The translations under genes were made by a program, and so were the position numbers. Source: Salpingoeca rosetta (Eukaryota > Protista > Choanoflagellata). From it: a DNA stretch of 44,499 nt. The notes beneath the pieces were generated by a model. It ran no database searches. It had not been told where the DNA came from and was given only the letters and a program-made list of their open reading frames with translations. Where the stretch lies: the NCBI GenBank assembly GCA_033442325.1, contig JAWQFM010000022.1, positions 542,791 to 587,289 on the forward strand, in the 5' to 3' direction. Shown here piece by piece: positions 12,328 through 24,532 of the stretch (positions are counted from its first letter, which is position 1; each line of letters opens with the position of its first letter).

Positions 12328-15252
12328 GTACTGCACTGTAACCATGTGAATCGACTGGCAGCTACGTGTGTGTGTGTGTGTGTGTGTGTGTCCCCTTGCG
12401 CGCTCACCTATGCTTCAACGCCACCTTTCTTTTTCTTTGTTGCTCCTGTTGTTCATGCCATGTTTGCCCGTTTGTCTTACTGTGGAACGTTGTTGTGCTG
12501 TCAGTTTTCATATCGTGCTTCGATCGACTGCACACCCTTGCTCTTTTGTATTCTTCACATGGGATTATATGTGGTTTGTTCCTTGTCGCGCTGTGGTCTT
12601 GCGTCCCAGCATGTCCTTCGGTTGTTCAACACACGATGCTTCAATACATACACCAGCATTGTGCCTTCATTGGACAACAGTGTGTGCATTATTTTGTGTG
12701 TTTCGTTGAGACGTGTGGGTGGAGAGTTGTAGGCAAGACCATCAAGTTCATTCGACTCGAACTTCGCGAAGATACGTTTCTTTGTGTCGAGTTCGGAACC
12801 AGGAAGGATTGCCTGTTCGGAGGAGCATATGCAAACGGAGATCAACCTTCAACAACGCGCTTGAGCGGTTCTGCTTTTCTCTTCGTTGTGTGACTTGACG
12901 TGTGTGACATCAGCCGTAGCTCGACCCTTTATCCTTTACCAACCTGCATTCGCGCGGTCCTCAACGACTGAGGCAAGCCATCGCACTGTAACGAACCTAC
13001 TTACGTGTTCCACTGTCACTTTACAGTCCTCTTTTTCCTCTCTCGGTGACGTCATCGAACCCAAAATCCACCTGCACTGACTGTCACTACGAGCGAAAAA
13101 GAAGCACAAACCTACCAAATTGCGGCTTTGTGTCAAGCAAAACAACGCAGTTGACCTGTGATCGAGGTGTGCGTTGCGGTAGAAGCGGCAGGAGATAGAC
13201 GAGAACCTCAGCTCACACGTCATTTCATCAGAGTCCAAAGCGGTTTCACGCACGCGAGCCGTACCACATCAGGCCATGATCTTGTTGGGAGTGTTGCTGC
13301 TTGCGGTGACACCCACGGTGAATGCTTACCGCATTGGGTGTGCAGCGACCCCTGTTCAACCGCGTAAGTTCTTGTTTTCTGCAACCTTCTTGCCTTGAAG
13401 CGTTCCTGCGCGTATTGGCATAGATATTGTGTTCATGTGTGTTTGGCGCCAACTGAACATTTGCAGGCATATGCAATGCCTTGGAGGACATCTTTGAGCG
13501 GTACGCACCATGGGACGTCACGTTCCAGTACATGACGGAAGTGGACATCCTCGACAATGCCGCCAGCCTGGACTTTGCCCTTGTCGACCCAAAGACCGTC
13601 TCCTGCCTTGACGTGGAGCACGCTGTTGCTCCGTTGGCCACCCTGGGTCTTCCAAACATCTTCGGTACGTATATGTCACAAGGCGTGTGTGTATTGTGTG
13701 AGTGTGTGTGTGTGTCTTGTGTGTGTGTGTGTGTTCTTTGTGTGTGTGTGTGTGTGTGTGTATGTGCATGTGTTCTTTGTGTATTTGTGTGTGTGTGTGT
13801 GTGTGCTGTGCATGCATGTGCTTCGCCCAGCGAGCCTACCGCTACAACATGTGCCTTGCTTCCTCGTCCCACCATGTTCGCCAACCATTATTGACTCGCT
13901 TGGTCGTTTTCACAATGTTGTGCACGCAGTGGAGACGCGCAAGGACCACAACGACTACCTGTACCAGACTGGTGGCGTCATCTTTGCGCTGGCCAGCTCC
14001 GAGCTGAGGGTGCTCACAGATGTGAAGGACAAGATTGTCGCTGCCACCACGACCACGGACTTTGCAAGCACACTGGCCCCTTTTGCAGAGTACAAAACCG
14101 AGACGGGCAACGAGCTTGTCATGGACGCAGCAATGGTACGATTGTTGTGTGTGTGTGTGTGTGTGTGTATGTGCGTGTGAGTGAGTGGGTGTGCGTCTGC
14201 GTCGATGTGTGCGTGTGTGTGTGCGTGTGTGTGTGTATGTGCGTGTTTGTGTCTGCGTTGATGTGTGTGTGTGTGTGTGTGTGAGTGTTGATGTGTGTGT
14301 GTGTGTGTGTGTGTGTGTGGTGAACAAGGTGTGGTTGTACATTGTGGTCAAGCATATCATCACTTCTTGCACCATCCCTTGCGTCACCCAACCTGTCCAA
14401 GCAGCTGGGTGTCCACACACACATATGCTCACACACATATATGCTCACGCACACATTGCATTGTGTGTGCGGCCTTTTCACAGGTGCAGTATCTGGGGTC
14501 GCCACAGCGCGTGCTTGAAGCGGTGCTTGCTGGTGTTGCACACGTGGGCATGGTGCAGACGGGGTTCCTTGAGCGTGCAGTGGCACGTGGGGACCTGGCT
14601 TGGGCGCAAGTCAGTGTGCTGTCACAGAACCTCGTGGTTGAGGATGACCTTCGCTTCCCGTATGTCAGCTCAACGCTCGTGTATCCAGACTGGTCACTGA
14701 TCGCCTTTGACTCTGCAGATGCTGATGTAAGGGCACATGCANNNNNNNNNNNNNNNNNNNNNNNNNNNNNNNNNNNNNNNNNNNNNNNNNNNNNNNNNNN
14801 NNNNNNNNNNNNNNNNNNNNNNNNNNNNNNNNNNNNNNNNNCATATGTGGGTGCTTGAACTTGCGCTTGTACTTGTACTTGTACTTGCGGGTGCTTGTAC
14901 TTGTACTTGTGTGTGTGTGCATTTGTGTTGTTGTGCCCAAAGTCACGTGCAATCCAGCTTCGCAGCACCACGGACATCGTTAATTCGCCAATGCCTCAGC
15001 CCAATCAATCACACACCGTGTACACATATCGATATACTCACGTGTAACCATGTCCTTTCAACATCCTGCACCCTCATTCACTAGGACCGAGAAACCATGA
15101 TGAACTTTGTGTTTAGCACCAACACCACACTGGACATCCACTTCACCACATCCCGCAGCTACGCCACCGTGGGCGACATCTTGGTGCGTACATTCGGTCG
15201 TGGTTGTGCACACACGCGCGCACACAGCACGCTTGTATGCACAAACACACAC

Positions 15253-15324
<72 letters not shown>

Positions 15325-18300
15325 GCGCATGAATGTAACATGTTGCGCGCCTGTCGAGCAGCACACCCAATGCGTTGCTGCTGTTGACAAGCCTTCACCT
15401 CATCGCTGTGCCCCTTTTTGTGCCGTTCACGCACACACGCGCACGCACACTCACACTCACTCTGCCTCTCTCTCTCTCTCTGTACCTGTTTGCGTCTCTC
15501 CTTGTCTTTGCTTTGTTTACCAACTGTAGGAAACATACGGGGTGATTGTGCGCGACCTTGATCAGCCGCTGCTGGCACAGTGCCCACGATCGGCATCCCA
15601 CTTTGGGATCATGAATGAAGCAACTCAAGAGTGGACCACCGAACTCTCTATCGATGTGGGAAGCCTTACTCATGACGAAGCTGAGCTGCTGCTGTCAGAC
15701 CTCGTGATTTGCCCGGCGAACACATATGCGCTTCACTATCTCATCATCTTCGAACTATGTGACGAGTTTCATTGCCCTGAGGAAGCATTCTGCACTTGCA
15801 GTCCTTGCAAGCGTGCGAACCCAGTGCAGGTCGGTAAGCTATGTCATGTTCACGCCTTGCACGTGATAGACTTTGATGTTGTGTTTGAACTGGTGCCCAC
15901 TCCCTGTGTTTGTCGCCGTTCACATGATGTACTTTTCCCCTGCCAACACCGCCACCACTAGATCCACCACACAGAGGAGTTCTTCACGCAGCACACGCTG
16001 GAGACGAACCACGCGCTCCTGGCCGACATTCTCGGTGTCTCATGTGGGCGTATGCGCACTTGCAGCCAGGACCAGCAACCAAACACACAGTTCCTGCTGA
16101 TCGAGGACAAGGTGTTTGATGAACGGCACAACCAGGATACGGTGTTCTTTCACGTGAACGTCAAGTCCTTGGAAGGTGACGGCTTTTCGTTTTCCACAGA
16201 AGGGGTGCCTGTGCCTGGCCACCCGTACCTTGCCACCGTCAACATTTCTGGCCTCCACTTTGGAACGCTCACAGTTGAGGTGCGCACACATTTCGTTTGA
16301 GAATCGTGCGTGTTTGTTTTTGTGTGTGTGTGTGTGCGTGTGTGTGTGTATGTGTGTGTATGTGTGTGTGTGTGTGTGCGTGCGTGCATGTGTGTGTGTG
16401 TGTGTGCGTGTGCGTGCGTGTGCGTGCGTGCGTGTGTGTGTGTGTGAGGGTATGCTCTTGTGTGCCGCTGTGAGAACCATAACGTTTCTCTTGTTTGTGA
16501 CACTGGCTCATGCAATGCACATGCCGCTGCTCTCTCCCACACCCTCCCTCACCCCCCATACACACATATCAGGTGTTTCTCGCAGACCGCCTGACATCTG
16601 AGGAGGAGTGGGAGCCGATTACCGCCAGCCCCTTCCTTGTGGATGTGCTGCCACGTGACTGTCCCAAAGGCGAGGTCCCAACCCAAGACAATATGTGCGT
16701 GTGTCCTGCCGGCGCACTTCGCATTGGTGGCAAGTGCATGGATCCAGCAGAGTCGACACCTCTCTTTGTCTGCATCTCGCTGGTTGTGATAGGACTGGCA
16801 ATGTACGGCGTGGTCGCTGTCATGCGCAAGCGTGCGGATGCGCTGTGGCATATTGACAGCGAGGACATTGTTGTGAGCGACCCGCCCGACATGCTTGGCC
16901 GAGGAGCGTTTGGAGTTGTGATCAAGGGGGAGCTGAACGGCACCGGCATCGCCATCAAGCGGGCAATGCCAAGGCCATCCTCCGATGCGTTGGCGTCCAG
17001 CTCGAAGAACCAGAAGTCAGGCACTTCGGTGGCTTCGTTTGAAGTCAAAGGCAATTCCTCACAGGCTGGTGTTGCCACCACCGTCTTCAACCTGGGCTAC
17101 CACGCAAACGGCGGAGACTTGATTGAAAAGGCGTTGAAGCAAGATCACTCATCGTTGTTCGGATCCACACAGCGCGGGCGAACCACGAAGGACTACTCTG
17201 TGGCCAAGTACGTTGCACTTCACGTTTAAGCGGCCTGTATGTCCAAGATACACTTCATTCATGTCACCACCGCTCACGGCATATGCTTGTAATGGCCTTG
17301 TTGACACTGACGTACAGGGCCGAGTTCATGGCCGAGATTCGCCTGCTGTCGCGCCTGCGCCATCCGTGCGTCGCCACCATGCTTGGTGCCATCGTCACGA
17401 GATCCAAGGAGGTGCTTCTTGTCATGGAATACCTCGAGCACGGGTTAGCACGCGAGGTGTGGGTGGGTGGATGAGCAGATGGATCGGTGAACTTGGATCG
17501 CGCAAGTCTTCATTTGCGCCTGCGGTCGGACACCGCTGTCTCCTTTCACTCACATCCAACACATGCGCGCGCACATATTTATCCGCACACACACATACAC
17601 ACACCGCTCATAATTGCACGTACGTTCGAAGGTCACTGTATGACTTCCTGCGCAACGACAAGCTGCCGACGCCAGACATGTTCCTGCTGCCCATTGTCAA
17701 GGACATTGTGTCTGGCATGCGCTACATCCACAATCTCAAGCCACCGGTTGTGCACGGCGACCTGAAGGCAAAGAACGTGCTTGTGGACGGTAACTTCAAG
17801 GCCAAGATTGCTGATTTCGGGCTCTCGCAGAAGCGTCGCTTTGGCTGCGGCACACCATACTGGATGGCGCCAGGTGTGTGTGTGTGTGTGTGTGCATGTG
17901 CACACATGCGTGTTTGCACGTGTGTGTGTATGTGTGTGTATGTGTGTGTGTATGTGTGTGTGTTGCACAGCTGCGTCCTTTCCCCTACCTCAACACATAC
18001 ATAACCTTCCAACCACTGCCACTCACAATCACTGCCACTCACAACCACCACCACCACAACCACCCATTGCCACCAATCATTCAAATCATGCAGAGGTGCT
18101 GCGCGGAGGAGAGGTGACGCGGGAGGCGGACGTGTACAGCTTCGCCATCACCGTGTACGAGATCTACAGCCGACAGGACCCGTTCCCAGAGGAGAACGTG
18201 GCGGAGGTGCTGCAGCAGATTGCCGCACGCCAGGTGCCGGCAAAGCGACCCGACATCCCAGACTCGTGCCCCGTCATGCTGGCTGAGCTTGCGCGGCGGT

Positions 18301-19133
18301 GCTGGTCCGAGGAGCCCAAGTTCCGGCCAACGTTCGACCAGGTGGACGCGCAGCTGGGCGAGCTCAACATCAGCAAGGTGGGCGCAAGCCTCATCCAGCA
18401 GAAGCAGGACGCGCTGAAGAAGGCCACGGTGCTCAACGACGTGTTCCCGCCACACATTGCCAAGATGCTGGAGGAGGGCAAGAAGGTGCACCCGGAGCAC
18501 AAGGACGACGTGACCATCTTCTTCTCCGACATTGTGGGCTTCACCAACATCAGCGCGCAGCTGACGCCGGCGGCGGTGTCGGACATGCTGGACCGACTGT
18601 ACTCTGCCTTTGACGAGCTGACGGAGAAGCACGGCGTGTTCAAGGTGGAGACCATTGGCGACGCGTACATGGCGGCAACAAACCTTGTTGAGCCGCAGCA
18701 CGACCACGCGCTCCGCATTGCGCAGTTTGCGGAGGACGCCATCAAGGCGGCGCAGTCGACGTTCATTGACATGGAGCGGCCGGAGCTCGGGTGCGTGAAC
18801 ATCCGCGTTGGGTTCCACTGCGGCCCTGTTGTGGCCAACGTTGTTGGGCGGCGCAACCCGCGGTACTGCCTGTTTGGGGACACGGTGAACACGGCGTCGC
18901 GCATGGAGAGCTCGAGCGAGCGCAACAAGATCCACGTGTCGACGTCTGCGGGGGACCGCGTGCGGAGCCAGGCGCCATGGGTGAAGCTTGAGTCGCGCGG
19001 GGTGCAGAACATCAAGGGCAAGGGCGAGATGCTGACATACTGGCTGGTGAGCACGAAGCGGGAGAAGAAGAAGGAGGGCGGGCAGCGGGTGATGATTGCC
19101 TCCGAAGAGGCAGAGGTCATCGAGATGCCGAAT
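6163..19133 (+). repeat. Direct segmental duplication, period about 7.3 kb (6163-11772 vs 13472-19133), with a mosaic of near-identical and divergent blocks
   Basis: Direct comparison shows near-identical blocks: 6163-8193 with 13472-15605, 8779-9410 with 16130-16765, and 10733-11772 with 18094-19133. Differences are mainly in microsatellite length. Confidence 0.95.
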
Positions 19134-19562
19134 GAGAGCAAACATCGCGGTGATGGTGACAAGCGCTCAGCTGCCTCTGCTGACAAGCCCACCCTCCCGA
19201 GACCCCCGAGCCAGAGCAGCTCGCTGCGAATTGCCTCGCTGGTTTCCTCGAGAGTGTCGCCAACGGGCTCTGATAAGCCATCTCCGAGTCGCGGAAGCAG
19301 CCTCAAATCCATGTCACGCAAACTCCCGTCGTCTGGTCCCTCACAGTTGTCACTGAAGGACTCTCCATGGCTTGCAAACCCCGATTCGAGTGAGGCCAAC
19401 GTCCGACGTCCTCGACGCAACCGAAGTTCCAGCCCACCGTCCCCATCCTTCCAGCGCATGGACCGCCGGGCCACTGCTACTACTGTTCATGTTGAAGACG
19501 ATGGCCATCATCCCCAGGCAACGTCCTTCCAAGCCTGGGCAGACTCCTCTGTGGACATTTGA
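13276..19562 (+). CDS. Receptor kinase-guanylate cyclase, copy 2 (tandem paralogue; one intron contains an assembly gap)
   Basis: Exons approximately 13276-13363, 13467-13664, 13930-14135, 14484-14726, 15085-15183, 15530-15829, 15962-16279, 16573-17207, 17318-17443, 17632-17873, 18094-19562. Intron positions and motifs match copy 1. Signal peptide [17 protein letters not shown]; [22 protein letters not shown]. Confidence 0.85.
14742..14841. other. Assembly gap (100 N)
   Basis: Run of exactly 100 N inside an intron of receptor copy 2. Confidence 0.99.
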
Positions 19563-19992
19563 CCCTTTGTTTTGACTGCTGGGTTCCCTTTGTACGTTGC
19601 CGTCTGGGCCCGGGCAGGAGACGCAAGTTCCGTGAATGTGCGTCTGCATTTACACTTGTGTGCTTTCTGCTGACTAACACGAGATGCACCTGTCCTTGAG
19701 TGATTGCACTGTGCCCGTTGGTGGTGCAACGCTGCTTAACTTTGCAAGTGCTCGTTCTTTACTTTGTTTTGTTTTGTGTCTTATACATTCCTCGATTTCA
19801 TTGCTCCCTTCTTGTATTCCTTGCTCAAATGTAACAGTTGCATCAATCAGCTCAAGTAATCGGGTGACATGACAGACAACATACCACGACCAGCACAACT
19901 CCAACCCACGTGAAAACTTGTAAATCAACCTCAAACACAGCACAGCCCAACACAAACGTCGGCCTTCCGCCTCCGTTGGGCGTGGCTCTGCA

Positions 19993-21322
19993 TTACGCAT
20001 CCACATCCTGCATAGTATCTGAGTCGCTGAGTTTCACCTGTCTGCTCCGCGTGCTGGACGCGCTCCTATCAAAGATGGCGCCCGGTGGCGAGCCGAGTAG
20101 TTCCTCATCCACATCGTGGTGGTGTGCTGCTGGTGGTGGTGGTGAAGTGATGTAGGTGACTGGTGTGTTCAACACGGTCGTGTGTTGTTGCTGGAACCCG
20201 TCACCACCGTGGTCATGAAAAGTGGGGTAGGCGCTGCTAGAGCGATCGCTTGTATTGCTTCGTCTGCTGCCGTTTCGACTCTTCACAAATACGAGGGAGC
20301 CTTCTGGTTGTGTAAACACCGTATCTGCGCGGTTTCTGGTGTCGTCAAACTGAAACACCTCGTGTGCTGCATCGTCGATAGCATCATTCTCATCTGTGCA
20401 CGTGCTGTCGTTGTGAGGGAAACCATCCGCATCGTCCTGCAACACCAGCACGGCCGAGGTGTTGCCGTCAATTGACAAATACTCCCCCTTGCGTCTGATT
20501 TCGGTGTGCGTGCGACCGCGACTGTCGTCGAGGTTCAATTCCCCAGCAGTTACAACGCTCACTTGCGCCTTTTCATGGGCGTGCTGTGTAGAGTGCTGCT
20601 CGCTTGCTTCATTCATATCGTCCTCATCATCACTGCTGTGGCTGCTGCTGTCGTCATTGTCGCTCTCGGCACTAAAGTTTGCCTCCTCTTGGCGATGACC
20701 ATCAGCGCTGGCATCACGCATATCGCCTCCTTCTTCAGGAAGCGCATATGCACCTGCAGCGGCAATCTTCCCCGACGTCTGTCTGGTGAACGTGGTTGTT
20801 GCGATCCCAACGTCGTCATCAATGACACCACTGCTGTGACCGTGGAGGTTTGCGGCATGTGGTAGTGGCGCAGTTACGTCCAGCATCTCAACATCACCGT
20901 CTTCTTGGCTCGTCTGGTCGATGCTGACGCTGCTGTGTTTGCCCACGTGCCCACCCCTGGTGCCCCATGCCTGCATGCGTTGTGGCTCATCCACATTGGT
21001 CTCCGCGACGATTCGCATGAGAGGGACAGGAAGACACGAACGCGGTGTCTCGTAGTGGTGGATGAGTTGCGCCAGATTCTGTACCGAGCAAATGGTAAAT
21101 GTGAGCAGCAGCGTTTGGCGTGTGTTGAGGTGTGAAGATGACGGATGTGTGTGTTGAAGGGAGAGTGAGTGAGTGAGTGTGTATGTATGTGTGTGAGTGT
21201 GTGTGTGTGTGTTGAAGGACATGCAATTGGTGTTACAATGTCAGCAACAGGTACCCAAGGTGAAAGTTGCAGACCACATTGCAGATCTCCAACACAACGC
21301 ACACTCGCGCACGCACACGCAT

Positions 21323-21384
<62 letters not shown>

Positions 21385-21928
21385 CACCTTACTTGGAAGA
21401 GGGGCTGCGTGGTGTTGTCATCTGTTTGGAGTTGGAACTTTCCCTTCCGCCCGCGAAGAATATCGTACTGCCTGCATTCCGTCTGCGTCGCCTTGAGAAA
21501 GAGGCGGTGCTGCTGGCCGTCGTCATGCACGATAAACGAGCCAACGGCCTGCCCAAACAACTCCGCGTACACAGACCCGGTCGTGACTGCGCTGTTGCGC
21601 ATGTTCAGAAGCGGCAACTCTGGTGCGCTGCTCACATGTGCTGTCGCTGCTTTGAATCCACTTGAGTTTGCTGTGTGGAACGTGGCGCTTGCAAAGTCGG
21701 AACTGGTCTGTCTCCGTCGTAGACACATGTACCACACTGCCAGCACGGCGATGAGCAGAAGAATAGTGGCAAAGCCAGCAGCTGCAAGGATGAACCCAAG
21801 CCGCGAAAGCCCAAGTTTGCTGCGGATGCTCGTGTCTCGGGTGGGCGTGACACCATCTGCAGTTGCTGTTGTTGCTGTTGCTGCTGTCGTCGTCGTCGTC
21901 GTCGTTGTTGTTGTTGTCGTTGTTGTCG

Positions 21929-22022
<94 letters not shown>

Positions 22023-23441
22023 CGTGAGATGTGATGTGGAAGACGAGGTCGGTTGCGGTGTGACAGACTCGGCATCCCGTGGGGAAAAAGTGATGGTGAG
22101 AGGTGTAATACTTGTCAGCCCACCGCCGTCAACAGCAACCACCGTGAACGAGACAAACGCTTGCACGTCAAGCAGTGACGATGCGTTGAAACTGAGAACA
22201 CGGCCACCGTCACCATCACCACCACCACCATCACCACCACCATCACTTGTGACATTGTCGTGCGTGATGACAGCATCGACGGCGTGGAGCGAGGTGCACT
22301 GGAAGACGTCACCAGGGTGGGTCCCATTACCGCCGGTGCTGCTGTCAGCACTCGTTGCCGGAGCACTGCTGCCATCAACGCTCTGATCAGCAGCGTTGGT
22401 GCTTGCATTGCTGCAATGGAGGACTGAGAGCAACACCACAGACACGTCCTTCCACGGACTGCACATGTCTGCATCCGTCACTGCTGGCAGCGATACTGTG
22501 ACAGCAGCAGCGGATGCATTGGCTGGGACTGCGGCCACGATGTGTGCCGTGTTGAATGCGGGCGCCTCATTGACATCAAGCACATGCACAACGTGCGAGA
22601 ACGACACGTTGGATGGAAAGCCATCGTGAATCATGGCATTGTCGCTGTCGCCGCCGACTGCACTACCACCACCACCATCATCATCATCGCCACCACCACC
22701 ACCTCTGCCATCACCAGCAACGACGCTCATATTTGAGTTTGTGGTGCCAGGGCTGCCTCGCCAGTCAACAGCGATGGTCACGGGTAATGCTGGTGATGCT
22801 TCAAAATCAAGCGGGTGGCGTGCCATGAGCGTGTTGTTGCTGTCGATTGCAAACTGTCCAGCTGCTGCTGCTGTTGCCGATGTTGTTGTCACGCGTGCGG
22901 TGTTGTCTCTGAATGGTGCGTGGAGATCCTCATCCAGCAGCAGCACGTGAGCAACCGGGGTCGGGTCGGTGTGAGTGGATAGTGTGTGCTCTGCAACAAA
23001 AGCACGGCTGAGGACGGTCGCGTATGGTGGCTCGTTGACATCGCGCACGCGCACCGTGTGCGGAATGATGTAGGAAGCACCCCTGGCAGACACGTTGGCG
23101 TAAAGCGAGAAGCGCCCATGTGGCAGCATCTCATAGTCAACGCCACTGCACACCACGTCCACCTCGCAAGTGTGCTCCTTGAGCAAGTGTGGATCATAGT
23201 AGTTGCTGGTGGCTGTCGTGCTGGTTGGCGTGACGGCTGTCACCTGTGCTATGCTTGTGGATGTTGTGAATGGCATACTCGTGGTGCTCGTGACAAACTC
23301 GCCCGAACCACTGCCCTGTGCATCCCCGTTGTCTGCACTCGATTCACTGCCTTGCATCTGCTCACATCGAATTGTTAGAGCAGTGCACGTGGGACCTCCA
23401 GGCGTTTCGGGGAACACGCCCACCTGCACATGCGCGGGCGA

Positions 23442-23517
<76 letters not shown>

Positions 23518-24499
23518 CGTGTCGTGTGTGAAGCAGCAGTGGCGTCAGGCAAGCGTACTGTGACTGCCAGGCTGAGCACATGCTGCACCGTTTCTGCTGT
23601 TGTGTTAACGCTGCCGCTGCCGCTGCTGCTGGTTGTGGTGGTGTTTCGCTGGTGAAAGCGAGAGGTGGTCTCCGTGATGTTGTGCACGCGATCTCGAATC
23701 GACACCACCAGGGGCACCTCCGTGCTGACCACCTGCATCTCCAGTGTTTGTCGTGCGCACGTGTGCACGTGTTGTGCAGCTGTTGAGAACGGAAACGACG
23801 TTGCCGTGGTTGTTGTCGTGGTGGTGGCAGTGGTGGCGGCGGTGGTGGGTGTCGATGCCGTTGTTGCTGTTGCTGTCGCGGGAGTGGCTGACGTTGCCGG
23901 GGTGTGAGTGTGAGATGCTGTGCTGTTCCATGTCGGAGGTGTCGACAGAGGTGTGGATGCAGGTAGCGTGGTGAAAGGTGGGGATGATAACGGCGATGGT
24001 GCCGTGCTGCCAGAAGAGGCGGAGCAGCACCGAAAGGTGAGGGCAACAAACGGGTACAAGGCTGCTTTGAGGGTTGTGTTTGAGTTGACAACAAGGACGT
24101 TGCCTTCCAGCCGAAAAGGGCTCACGTGCTGCACAAATGGAAAGACACCACCACCGCTGCCGCTGCCACTGCCACTGCCACTGCCACTGCCGCTGCTGTC
24201 GCTGTCGTCGACGCTTTCACTGTCACTGCTAAGCATTGTTGGCACTGTGTCCACGTACTGGCCGTCTGTGTCAATCAACTGTGTGCGTGTGAGGGTGCAC
24301 TGATGGTGTGCGCCTGCCCTGGAGCTTGTCGTGACATCATCAGCAGTGCGGGTGAACGCTGGCAGCAACGCTGCGACGACTGTACCGGGTTCTGCGTGAG
24401 CATCGGAGATGGTGTTGGGTACAATGGCCACTTGTGGCGCCGGAATAGGCTCCCACTCCACGATAACGCGCACATGGCAGAAAGCAGCCAGCCTCTGTG

Positions 24500-24532
<33 letters not shown>

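Noticed and set aside
21169-22386. Plus-strand poly-Val ORF and alternative-frame poly-Gln ORFs over the (GTT)n repeat
   Set aside because: Antisense or alternate-frame readings of the poly-Thr repeat in the cadherin-like gene.
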